Source: a virus (taxonomy: Duplodnaviria; Caudoviricetes). Taken from it: DNA of 40,199 bases. The translations under genes and the position numbers were made by a program. The DNA lies in the IMG/VR virus record IMGVR_UViG_3300032272_000036, positions 1 through 40,199 of that record. One strand, written 5' to 3'. Under the pieces are notes generated by a model that made no database searches, was not told where the DNA came from, and saw nothing but the letters and a program-made list of their open reading frames with translations. Below are positions 7,789 to 15,383 of this stretch, piece after piece; positions within the stretch are counted from its first letter, which is position 1; each line of letters starts with the position of its first letter.

Positions 7789-8109
7789 ATGAAAAGAGAA
7801 GTGAGAATTATTGTTTTTGAAGATGATGATATTGAAGATGATATTCCGACTGCTCCTGCCGAATTTATGGCGTTTTGGCGAGAGAAGATAGACTTAATCC
7901 CCCAGGAATTTATGGACACGGCCAATATAGATCTTGTAGGTGATTCGCGATGGGAGAGCGGATACCTTGAGGCTAGAATCAGCTTTACCAGGCTGGAGAC
8001 TGACGAAGAAGAGGCGGCAAGGTTGAAAAAAGAAGAAGACCGCAGAAAATTTATAGAGAACCAAGAGCTTTGTCAACTTGAAAATCTCAAGGCTAAGTAT
8101 GGGGTCTAA
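7789..8109 (+). CDS. hypothetical protein
   Basis: GAGGAGG RBS; stop lies in the TAAC of a degenerate attC-like site. Confidence 0.7.
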   Translation: MKREVRIIVFEDDDIEDDIPTAPAEFMAFWREKIDLIPQEFMDTANIDLVGDSRWESGYLEARISFTRLETDEEEAARLKKEEDRRKFIENQELCQLENLKAKYGV

Positions 8110-8192
8110 CCCAATAATAATCCGTGGCCCTCAATGTATATTCCAGTAGGGTCATTGACGTTCTAGCCATCCAGGTAATTTTGTTGTTAGCT
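8104..8192 (-). repeat. degenerate attC-like site
   Basis: GTCTAAC CCAATA ATAATCCG TGGC...GCCA T CCAGGTAATT TTGTT GTTAGCT; same layout, weak L-box pairing. Confidence 0.4.
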
Positions 8193-8306
8193 GAATATAT
8201 AAACAATATTATGCTATTGGAAAAATGATTATGAAAAAAGAAGAAGTTTTAAAAACTTGTGCAAAAGTAGTTATTGCTGGTGTCACAACCGTAAGAAGGC
8301 ATAAAA

Positions 8307-8900
8307 ATGACAAAGGATAAGAAGAAGAAGCCTGATTGGGAAGCGATATGGTGTGATTATCGTGCTGGTGTTTTGTCAGTAAGGGAAGTAGCAAGAGTCC
8401 ACAGTGTAGACGCTTCGTATTTGTTGCGTAAAGCCAATAAGTTAGGTGTTAAAAGAGACCTTACTAAAAGGGTAAAAGAGGCGGTAAATACTAAATTAGT
8501 CCACGGATCAGTCCACACTCCAGGGACAAGCGACGATGATATTGTCGAAAAGGAGAGCTCTAGAGTTGTTGATGTTGTCATGTTGCATAGAAAGGATATT
8601 CAGGATACACGGGAAGCAGTCAGGATATTGAGGGATCAGCTTATTGAGTCCACGCTGAACATTACTGAGATTGAGGAGGAGATTGTTAAAGAGACTGAAG
8701 ATGATAGAGGGGCAAACCGCAGGAACCAGATGTTGAAGGCAGTCTCATTACTTTCAAGCTCTTCAATTATTGGAAATCTTACTAATGCCATATCAAAGCT
8801 GATTCCCCTTGAGCGTCAGGCACACAACCTGAACGACGAAGAGGATACAGAAAAGAAACGTATTTTTGTTTCTAGGGTGAAGGCTGGGAGTGATGGTTGA
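8307..8900 (+). CDS. terS: terminase small subunit
   Basis: PDWEAI..DYRAG.LSVRE.A HTH, ..RDL.., LIPLERQA; upstream of terL. Confidence 0.8.
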   Translation: MTKDKKKKPDWEAIWCDYRAGVLSVREVARVHSVDASYLLRKANKLGVKRDLTKRVKEAVNTKLVHGSVHTPGTSDDDIVEKESSRVVDVVMLHRKDIQDTREAVRILRDQLIESTLNITEIEEEIVKETEDDRGANRRNQMLKAVSLLSSSSIIGNLTNAISKLIPLERQAHNLNDEEDTEKKRIFVSRVKAGSDG

Positions 8901-8980
8901 CGCCGTTATAAGCTGCCAGCCGACAAACTGACAGCTAAACCCCTGACCTCATTCTGGTCAGCTTTATAAAATTGTTATCT
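8895..8980 (-). repeat. attC-like site (array 2, 86 bp)
   Basis: GGTTGAC GCCGTT ATAAGCTG CCAG...CTGG T CAGCTTTAT AAAATT GTTATCT. Confidence 0.8.
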
Positions 8981-8999
8981 TTAAAATCAAGAGGATATT

Positions 9000-9173
9000 A
9001 TGGAAAAGTTTACAGTTAAACACTACATAGACCATGCTCACCCATCCATAAAAGGTTTTGGTTTTGATGGTCTTGTTGTCGGGGAATACAGGGAAGAGGC
9101 CGAAGAGTTTATTGAATTTATTAATGACATTCTTGATAAGTGCGAAAAGGCAGGGGTTAGCATAGAAAGATAA
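9000..9173 (+). CDS. hypothetical protein (57 aa, MEKFTVKHYIDHAHPSIKGFGFDGL...), cassette cargo between terS and terL
   Basis: GAGG RBS; stop lies in TAAC; below the ORF-track cutoff. Confidence 0.7.
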   Translation: MEKFTVKHYIDHAHPSIKGFGFDGLVVGEYREEAEEFIEFINDILDKCEKAGVSIER

Positions 9174-9190
9174 CAGTGTCAATAAGTGGA
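9170..9190 (-). repeat. array-terminal attI-like site, copy 2
   Basis: ATAACAGTGTCAATAAGTGGA. Confidence 0.65.
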
Positions 9191-9203
9191 AAATAGTATT
9201 TAG

Positions 9204-10478
9204 ATGATGAACAAACCGCAACTGAAATACGACTACGAACTCAAAATATGTGAGGACATGTACAACCCTATCTACCTCCCGTATTTAGACCAGTCAAGGT
9301 CAACAGAGATTTTTTACGGTGGTTCGTCATCAGGAAAATCAAACTTCATTGCACAGCGAACGATTGAGAATATCATGGAAGGCGGTCACAATTACCTGTG
9401 CTGCCGGAAGATGGGGAACTCGATCACCAAATCAGTATTCAACGAACTAACTAAAGCGATTTCGAAACTGAATGTTGGCCATTTATTTAACGCCGTCCCA
9501 TCCCAGGGTCACATAACTTGCGTAAACGGGTATCAAATATTATTTAGCGGCCTTGACGATGTTGAAAAAGTTAAGTCGATCACGCCAAAACTTGGCGTAA
9601 TTACAGACGTTTGGTGTGAAGAAGTGACAGAAATGTCTTACGCGGATATCAAGCAGCTGCGGAAAAGGTTGAGGGGGGTGGCCGTTTATGATGATCGCAG
9701 AATCCAAAAGCGCATAGTTATGACATTTAACCCAATTTACAAGACTCACTGGATCTATAAAGAGTATTTTGTCCCAATTGCCTGGAAGGATAACCAGAAA
9801 GAACACATTGACGAACGTCTTAGTGTTCTCAAGACAACCCACCTCGACAATGAGTTTCTCGATGACGAAGATCACTTGTTACTTGAAGAGGAAGAGGATG
9901 AGTATTGGTATCAAGTTTACACACTTGGAAACTTTGGTATACTTGGTGACGCAATCTTTACCAACTGGCGTACTGCAGATCTTTCAAAAATAAGTAAATC
10001 ATTCGACAGGATCAGAAACGGCCTTGATTTTGGTTATAGCTCTGACCCTAACGCTTACGTGCGGATGCACTACGACAAGCCTCACAAGAGAATATATATC
10101 TTCAAAGCATGGATGGCTAAAAAACTCACAAACCCAATGATTGCCGAAAAGCTCAAGCCTATAATTGGCAAGGAGCCAATCTTTTGCGACTGTGCAGAAC
10201 CAAAATCAATAGCAGAATTGCAAGCCGAAGGAATCGACGCTAGGCCGGTAAAAAAGGGCAAAGATTCAATCATGCACGGGATCAAGTGGTTACAAAAACA
10301 CGAGATCGTAGTTGATGAAGAATTGCAGCCAGTAATTAACGAGCTCAACACGTATCAGTGGAAAAAAGATAAAGACGGGAACGCGCTTCCAATCCCAGTT
10401 GGGGATGATGATTTTATTGACGCGACTAGATACGGAACAGAGATAGAACACACCGGATTCTTTGAGGGACTGGTTTAG
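9204..10478 (+). CDS. terL: terminase large subunit, PBSX family
   Basis: FYGGSSSGKS Walker A, VWCEE Walker B, TFNP, GLDFG, DCAEP, DDFIDATRY. Confidence 0.95.
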   Translation: MMNKPQLKYDYELKICEDMYNPIYLPYLDQSRSTEIFYGGSSSGKSNFIAQRTIENIMEGGHNYLCCRKMGNSITKSVFNELTKAISKLNVGHLFNAVPSQGHITCVNGYQILFSGLDDVEKVKSITPKLGVITDVWCEEVTEMSYADIKQLRKRLRGVAVYDDRRIQKRIVMTFNPIYKTHWIYKEYFVPIAWKDNQKEHIDERLSVLKTTHLDNEFLDDEDHLLLEEEEDEYWYQVYTLGNFGILGDAIFTNWRTADLSKISKSFDRIRNGLDFGYSSDPNAYVRMHYDKPHKRIYIFKAWMAKKLTNPMIAEKLKPIIGKEPIFCDCAEPKSIAELQAEGIDARPVKKGKDSIMHGIKWLQKHEIVVDEELQPVINELNTYQWKKDKDGNALPIPVGDDDFIDATRYGTEIEHTGFFEGLV

Positions 10479-10656
10479 GCCAGTAATGTTTATGTTGTGA
10501 AAGCTAAAATAATAAAGTTTCCAAACAAGAGACAACGAGAGCTGTCACTACTAAAAAAGCAACGATTACTTGATCAACAGTTTGATCTGGTGAATAGGAA
10601 GATTAATATCTCCAGGATCAAACGACGACAATAACCACCTATAAGGAGGGTGAAGT

Positions 10657-10890
10657 ATGTGCCACGAAAGATGTAAAAAGTGTGAGAATGTTGAAAACTG
10701 CATAGTAAAAGATAAAATCAGAAACCCTGGAATGTGTAATTTTTTCCTTCCTGCAGACAGCGAGGATGAACAGGGAGCGAGGGAATTTCTGGTTGATGTA
10801 CTTGATTCTAAATTCAACAACCATATTCTGGTTAAGATGCCGGGTGGTTTGGCTTGTGAGCTTGCAGGTTTTATTCAGAAACTTCAATAA
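10657..10890 (+). CDS. small Cys-rich hypothetical protein
   Basis: AAGGAGG RBS; CxxC-rich N-terminus. Confidence 0.6.
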   Translation: MCHERCKKCENVENCIVKDKIRNPGMCNFFLPADSEDEQGAREFLVDVLDSKFNNHILVKMPGGLACELAGFIQKLQ

Positions 10891-10973
10891 GTAGCGATTG
10901 AATTAAGCGGATGGCTAGTGAAGCCAGCTAAAACAGCAAAGTTTATTCCAGTTCGATTGAATACTGGTTGTGT
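10889..10973 (-). repeat. degenerate attC-like site (array 3, site 1)
   Basis: AGC(for AAC) GATTGA ATTAAGCGG...T TCGATTGAAT ACTG GTTGTGT. Confidence 0.55.
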
Positions 10974-10983
10974 GAGGTTATTT

Positions 10984-11181
10984 ATGTATACGTTAATTTT
11001 ATTTTTTATTGTGTGGCTTGTTTGGTTTTCCGTTGGATGTGCTGTTTTATCCTTCATTGACGATGAAAATAGCAGTTTGTTTAAGTGGGCCTCATCTTGT
11101 CCAATTCCGATTATAGGGTATCCGATGGTTGTAACTATGTGGCCTTTGTTGGCTTGGGCGTGGCTTCATAGGGAAGTCTAA
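10984..11181 (+). CDS. small membrane protein, cassette cargo
   Basis: GAGG RBS; two hydrophobic segments; stop lies in TAAC. Confidence 0.65.
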   Translation: MYTLILFFIVWLVWFSVGCAVLSFIDDENSSLFKWASSCPIPIIGYPMVVTMWPLLAWAWLHREV

Positions 11182-11262
11182 CGATTTAATCAGTGGTCCG
11201 CCACTGACTTGCAGATTTAATAAACTGGGTCTCTTCGTCTCCACTGAATTAACTTGTTGTAA
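11176..11262 (-). repeat. attC-like site (array 3, site 2, 87 bp)
   Basis: GTCTAAC GATT TAATCAGTGG...T CCACTGAATTA ACTT GTTGTAA. Confidence 0.75.
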
Positions 11263-11326
11263 TGTATAAGGATATTATGATTATAGAAAAAAATAAAGAT
11301 CAATATGAAACCAATGAGGTAAAAAA

Positions 11327-11512
11327 ATGGGACATCCGGCGAATGACAAAGCAACTTTAGAAGCTATTTTTAAGGCATTTAACCACGCTAAAGATTCTGG
11401 AGAGGATACTGTAGTGCAGACATGCAAAGGAGATGTAAGATTCAAGCCCGGTTTGACTGGGGTTAAAGTGCAAATAGAAGGTGCCAAAACAGCTAGAAAC
11501 AATTCTAGATAA
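11327..11512 (+). CDS. hypothetical protein, cassette cargo
   Basis: GAGG RBS; stop lies in TAAC. Confidence 0.6.
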   Translation: MGHPANDKATLEAIFKAFNHAKDSGEDTVVQTCKGDVRFKPGLTGVKVQIEGAKTARNNSR

Positions 11513-11564
11513 CGCGCCAATAACTGTCGAGCTTGCGAGTCCATGTTAATTGGACTTATTGGGC
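11507..11564 (-). repeat. attC-like site (array 3, site 3, 58 bp)
   Basis: 37/38 identical to 11951-11988 (ATAACTGkCGAGCTTGCGAGTCCATGTTAATTGGACTT). Confidence 0.85.
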
Positions 11565-11599
11565 GATTTGCCCGGAACCTTAATTTGAAAGGAAATATT

Positions 11600-11902
11600 A
11601 TGAGTGAGAAAGAAATTGAACAAGAGATCCAGGACAAAGGGTTGAACGCTCCAAGACTCCGCCCGGCAGATATCGACACCGTGATCGTTGGTGAGACCTT
11701 CACCACATTACCAAGCGGGAAGGCCATGGTCTGTGAGTTAACCCTTGCCAGTGGTTTTACCGTGCGGGGTGAATCGGCCTGTGTCAGTAAGGCGAATTTT
11801 GATGAGGGCATCGGCCAGAAGATAAGCAGGGAGAACGCACGAAATAAGGTTTGGGAACTCGAAGGCTACCGGTTGCAATGTGATTTGGCCCGTGGAATCT
11901 AA
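11600..11902 (+). CDS. N4 Gp49 / Sf6 gp66 family protein, cassette cargo
   Basis: IEQEIQDKGLNAPRL...GFTVRGESACVS..NFDEGIG...KVWELEGY signature. Confidence 0.85.
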   Translation: MSEKEIEQEIQDKGLNAPRLRPADIDTVIVGETFTTLPSGKAMVCELTLASGFTVRGESACVSKANFDEGIGQKISRENARNKVWELEGYRLQCDLARGI

Positions 11903-11936
11903 TTTTATCGGGCGGCAAGGTTGCAGAACTTTGACC

Positions 11937-11995
11937 GCCCAACGTTTGAGATAACTGGCGAGCTTGCGAGTCCATGTTAATTGGACTTGTTATAT
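11937..11995 (-). repeat. attC-like site (array 3, site 4, 59 bp)
   Basis: - strand reads ATATAAC...GTTGGGC (perfect GTTRRRY). Confidence 0.85.
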
Positions 11996-12016
11996 GCGTT
12001 TTTTACGGAGAACATT

Positions 12017-12208
12017 ATGAAATGGTTAAATTTTATACCTCTTGTTTTGTGGGCAATTGGTTTTTTATGCGCCACGGAATGGTCATTGCATCTTAGGCAA
12101 ATTGACGGGAGGGTGAGTGACCTTAAAACACAATCTGAAGCAGGAGCTAAACTGTGGCTTTATGGTTCAATACTGTTTTTGATTATCGGAATTTTATTGT
12201 CAATATAA
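12017..12208 (+). CDS. small two-TM membrane protein, cassette cargo
   Basis: GGAG RBS; stop lies in TAAC. Confidence 0.7.
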   Translation: MKWLNFIPLVLWAIGFLCATEWSLHLRQIDGRVSDLKTQSEAGAKLWLYGSILFLIIGILLSI

Positions 12209-12260
12209 CGTAGGATGTTCAACGGCGAGCTTGCGAGTCCGCTGTAACTTTTTGTTATCA
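12203..12260 (-). repeat. attC-like site (array 3, site 5, 58 bp)
   Basis: ATATAAC GTAGGAT GTTCAACGG CGAGCTTGCGAG T CCGCTGTAAC TTTTT GTTATCA. Confidence 0.85.
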
Positions 12261-12276
12261 AGCATAGAGGAAGAAG

Positions 12277-12417
12277 ATGATTAAATACTTCAAAGAATTA
12301 TTGACAACGCTGGTTAAGATTGAAAAACATCTGGAAAAGATATCAAAATGTGTAGCTGAAAAACATCATGGTCACGGTGACAGATTTAGTATTTCCACGA
12401 AACATTGGAATGATTGA
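12277..12417 (+). CDS. hypothetical protein (46 aa, MIKYFKELL...), cassette cargo
   Basis: GAGG RBS; below the ORF-track cutoff; ends TGA-TAAC. Confidence 0.6.
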   Translation: MIKYFKELLTTLVKIEKHLEKISKCVAEKHHGHGDRFSISTKHWND

Positions 12418-12437
12418 TAACAGTATCAATAAGTTGA
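12417..12437 (-). repeat. array-terminal attI-like site, copy 3
   Basis: ATAACAGTATCAATAAGTTGA. Confidence 0.65.
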
Positions 12438-12459
12438 AAGTTAATCACGCAATAACACT

Positions 12460-13179
12460 ATGACCCAAAAAATAACAATAGAAAAGCCAGATCACATAGA
12501 AGGAACCGCCGGAGCAAGAAAAGACTGGGCAGTGATAACCGGAAAAGAACTCACACTGAAACCAGCAGTGTTTCTTCACTCAAAAACCGGTGAATATTAT
12601 TGTCACCTCGTGGGCGGCGTGGCATATCCTGTTGCAACTGGGCAAGAGGTAAAGCCTGGAATTTTATTAATAGTTGGCATACAGAACGAACCAACTGTAA
12701 AATTCACCGTTCTCGAATCATATGAGGACAACAATGTTTTTAACCTGATTGAAAGAATGGTAACGTTGCGAAGAGATTACCTTTTTGGAAAAGATTCTCG
12801 TATCCTTCCGAACTGGTACGGCGATCAAGAAAAATATCAGACATTAATACTTAAAGCGTCAGAATCGCTTGAGAAACATAAAGGTAGTGAAGCTGGCCTA
12901 TACATTAAAGACACAGTTGATAGGAGAGAAAAGCACTGTTTCCCTTTGTATGTGCGTCAAATATTTAACGCATTGGAGAAAAAACAATTAGATATTAACG
13001 GTGACCGAATAGTTACCGGAGCACTACAGTCATTTCAACGAGAAGATGCGGAAAAAGGGGCACTTGACAATTTTCCGCTTGTAGGTTTGCTAGGCGGTAT
13101 GGTACACTCATTGCAGGTTGAAAGGCCCTGGCTTGAGGATGCCGATGGTGAGGGTACGGTTTTCAACGTTGAATTTTAA
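12460..13179 (+). CDS. hypothetical protein, possible terminase-nuclease (RNase H)-like fold
   Basis: 239-aa ORF; pattern of three strands, helix, W.GD, terminal helix (inference). Confidence 0.6.
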   Translation: MTQKITIEKPDHIEGTAGARKDWAVITGKELTLKPAVFLHSKTGEYYCHLVGGVAYPVATGQEVKPGILLIVGIQNEPTVKFTVLESYEDNNVFNLIERMVTLRRDYLFGKDSRILPNWYGDQEKYQTLILKASESLEKHKGSEAGLYIKDTVDRREKHCFPLYVRQIFNALEKKQLDINGDRIVTGALQSFQREDAEKGALDNFPLVGLLGGMVHSLQVERPWLEDADGEGTVFNVEF

Positions 13180-13278
13180 AAGTCATGATGGATAGAAACG
13201 GCTCGACTAAGTGGCCGGGTATCGGTAGTAGTCCTGATTGGCTAAAACTCTGAGGACTTAAATGTCTGGAGAAACAAA

Positions 13279-14475
13279 ATGTCAGTAGATAAATTAGTAG
13301 CAGTAATGTCTGGTAGGTCAACTTATAATGTCAGGGATGAAGACGACATGACATCCGATGACGCATTTGGAGTTCCGACTCAACAGAGCGTAAAGGCTTA
13401 TGCTGATGCCCTAGTGGTAGCAGGTTCGTCATCAACTCAGACACTAACAAATAAGACCTTGGATGATGCAACGTGCAAGTTCGCCGACACGGCAGACACA
13501 ACCAAAGACCTATTTGTAAGTCTTGGCGGAGCTACCACAGCGAAAACCATGACCATCATTTCGAGCCAAACAGACGATAGGTCGCTCACATTGCCTGACG
13601 CGACCGATACTCTGGTAGGTAAGGCAACAACCGATACACTAACCAACAAAACCTTAACAAGCTCAGTGTTGAACGCCGGAGTAAGTGGAACCGCAGTTCT
13701 CGACGAAGATACGATGTCTTCCGACTCTGACACTAAAATTGCCACACAGCAAAGCATCAAAGCCTATGTTGACACTCAGGTTGTAGCACAAAACATTTTC
13801 CTCCGTGGAGAGATAGCTGACATATCCAGCGCCGCAAGCACATGGGTCGTGTCCCCTGTGGCCGGTGACATTACCGGAATTACCACAGTTATTGATGGCG
13901 CTATCACTGTTGGTGACGCCGCTATTACTTTTGAGATTGGTGGTACACCAGTAACAGGCGGTGGAATCACAATTGCGTATTCAGGTTCAGCGGCAGGAAC
14001 CGTTGATTCTGCAACTCCCTCCGCAGCAAACACTGTAACGGCAGGGCAAGTAATCGAGATAATTACAGACGGCGGGTCTACTGACGCAGCAATGGCGGTT
14101 GTCACGCTTGAAATCACCCCGGCAGCAGCGGCCCCGAAGAAAGTTTATGTAACAGGAGAGATTGCAGACGTATCGACAGGTGCTTCCTCATGGGTGACTT
14201 CTCCAATTGCTGGTACAATCTCAAACTGGTGGAGTGTTATTGACGGTGCTATTGCGAGTGTTGACGCTGGGTTAAGCCTTGAGATTGCCACGGTCGCTGT
14301 GACAGGATCAGCTATCACCGTTGCATTCTCAGGGTCAGGTGCAGGAACAGTTGATACAGCTGCTCCAACAGCGGCGAATACTGTAACCGCTGGACAGGCG
14401 ATTGAGGTCATCACAGACGGGGCAAGCACAAACGCTGTTAAAGCTGTTGTCCTCCTGGAAATCACGGCGGCATAA
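13279..14475 (+). CDS. virion structural protein (fibre/decoration-like) with internal duplications
   Basis: two DED.M.SD....TQQS.KAY motifs, TLTNKTL repeats, two tandem ~110-aa Ala/Thr/Gly domains. Confidence 0.75.
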   Translation: MSVDKLVAVMSGRSTYNVRDEDDMTSDDAFGVPTQQSVKAYADALVVAGSSSTQTLTNKTLDDATCKFADTADTTKDLFVSLGGATTAKTMTIISSQTDDRSLTLPDATDTLVGKATTDTLTNKTLTSSVLNAGVSGTAVLDEDTMSSDSDTKIATQQSIKAYVDTQVVAQNIFLRGEIADISSAASTWVVSPVAGDITGITTVIDGAITVGDAAITFEIGGTPVTGGGITIAYSGSAAGTVDSATPSAANTVTAGQVIEIITDGGSTDAAMAVVTLEITPAAAAPKKVYVTGEIADVSTGASSWVTSPIAGTISNWWSVIDGAIASVDAGLSLEIATVAVTGSAITVAFSGSGAGTVDTAAPTAANTVTAGQAIEVITDGASTNAVKAVVLLEITAA

Positions 14476-14732
14476 TGGAAACACTGTATACCTTTTTGGC
14501 TGGCTGGCTCAGTACACTCTCAGGGGTGGCACTGGGCGGCTGGCTCGTGTACCGGACAAAGCGCGACCCTTATGATTCGTTGTTTTCAGCAAACGACAAT
14601 AATGGTGAAGTGTTCAATCTTGACGACGATCTTGCGCAGGACATTCCTATGCAGCAGGATATCCCGGAGCCAACAGCTAAAGCCCATAATGCTTTTATGG
14701 ATCAATTTGTGGAAGGGTTGGGTAAAAAATGA
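14475..14732 (+). CDS. small single-TM protein
   Basis: TAATG coupling; N-terminal hydrophobic helix. Confidence 0.7.
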   Translation: METLYTFLAGWLSTLSGVALGGWLVYRTKRDPYDSLFSANDNNGEVFNLDDDLAQDIPMQQDIPEPTAKAHNAFMDQFVEGLGKK

Positions 14733-15178
14733 CAGACAAAATACTATCAGCAAGGGGCGAACCGTTCAAACGCAAAGGCGATGCCCTGAACGCAATTAAA
14801 GACATGCCCGGTTACCATGTTGTAGAAGATGAAAACGGTTGCTATACAGGGGAGAAGGTGCAAAGTGTCAAAATCGCTGACTTAACACCTGATTACGAAT
14901 CTCCATGGTACGATATTAATTTCGGAAAAGAAGAAGAGAAAAAAAGTTACCCAACATCAGATGTAATTTGCCCTGGATGTGGGCAATGTTATCATTCGAC
15001 TACCGATGCCTACGACCCTGAGCGTTTTGCGAACCCTGCAATGATAGACCTGAAAGAGCCTTGGAAGGGCTGGGGTTGGGATAATCCGGTAAAAGATTTT
15101 TCAGCCGGATATGGGTGCATGGTTTGTCCTGATTGTGGTACGGCATTGGCTCCTTCTGGGAAGTTGAGGGTGAAGTGA
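14729..15178 (+). CDS. zinc-ribbon protein
   Basis: CPGC...CPDC. Confidence 0.7.
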   Translation: MTDKILSARGEPFKRKGDALNAIKDMPGYHVVEDENGCYTGEKVQSVKIADLTPDYESPWYDINFGKEEEKKSYPTSDVICPGCGQCYHSTTDAYDPERFANPAMIDLKEPWKGWGWDNPVKDFSAGYGCMVCPDCGTALAPSGKLRVK

Positions 15179-15300
15179 ACTGGATAGTAAAAACAATAAC
15201 TGACCTAATTGCTAGGCGTTTCTTCGGAAAGTTGACTATTGTTTTTGAAAATGGTAAAATAACACGAGCGATAAAAGAAGAATCTTTAAGACCTGAGTAG
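15175..15300 (+). CDS. YezD/DUF2292-like small protein (41 aa)
   Basis: RRFFGKLTIVFENGKITRAIKEESL pattern; GTGA overlap; below the ORF-track cutoff. Confidence 0.6.
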   Translation: MNWIVKTITDLIARRFFGKLTIVFENGKITRAIKEESLRPE

Positions 15301-15326
15301 TAAAACATATAGGCATTGGAACAACC

Positions 15327-15365
15327 AAGCCCACAGAGTGCAATACGCACCTGTGGGCTTTTTTT
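15327..15365 (+). terminator. intrinsic terminator upstream of the portal gene, overlapped by an alternative hairpin
   Basis: AAGCCCACAG-a-GTGC/GCAC-CTGTGGGCTT plus T-run. Confidence 0.8.
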
Positions 15366-15383
15366 GTGAAAAAAAGGGAAGAC

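Noticed and set aside
11507-12260. Near-identical 38-bp repeats read as a CRISPR array
   Set aside because: The intervals are 200-400 bp and contain whole genes; no cas genes; the attC architecture explains them
3598-12260. Intergenic palindromes as ordinary terminators or REP elements
   Set aside because: Most lack U-tracts and have systematic unpaired bases and AAC/GTT ends; end complementarity spans genes rather than single hairpins
13183-13262. Two short hairpins before ORF 13279 as a tRNA or other ncRNA
   Set aside because: No cloverleaf or T-loop; stems too short to support a call
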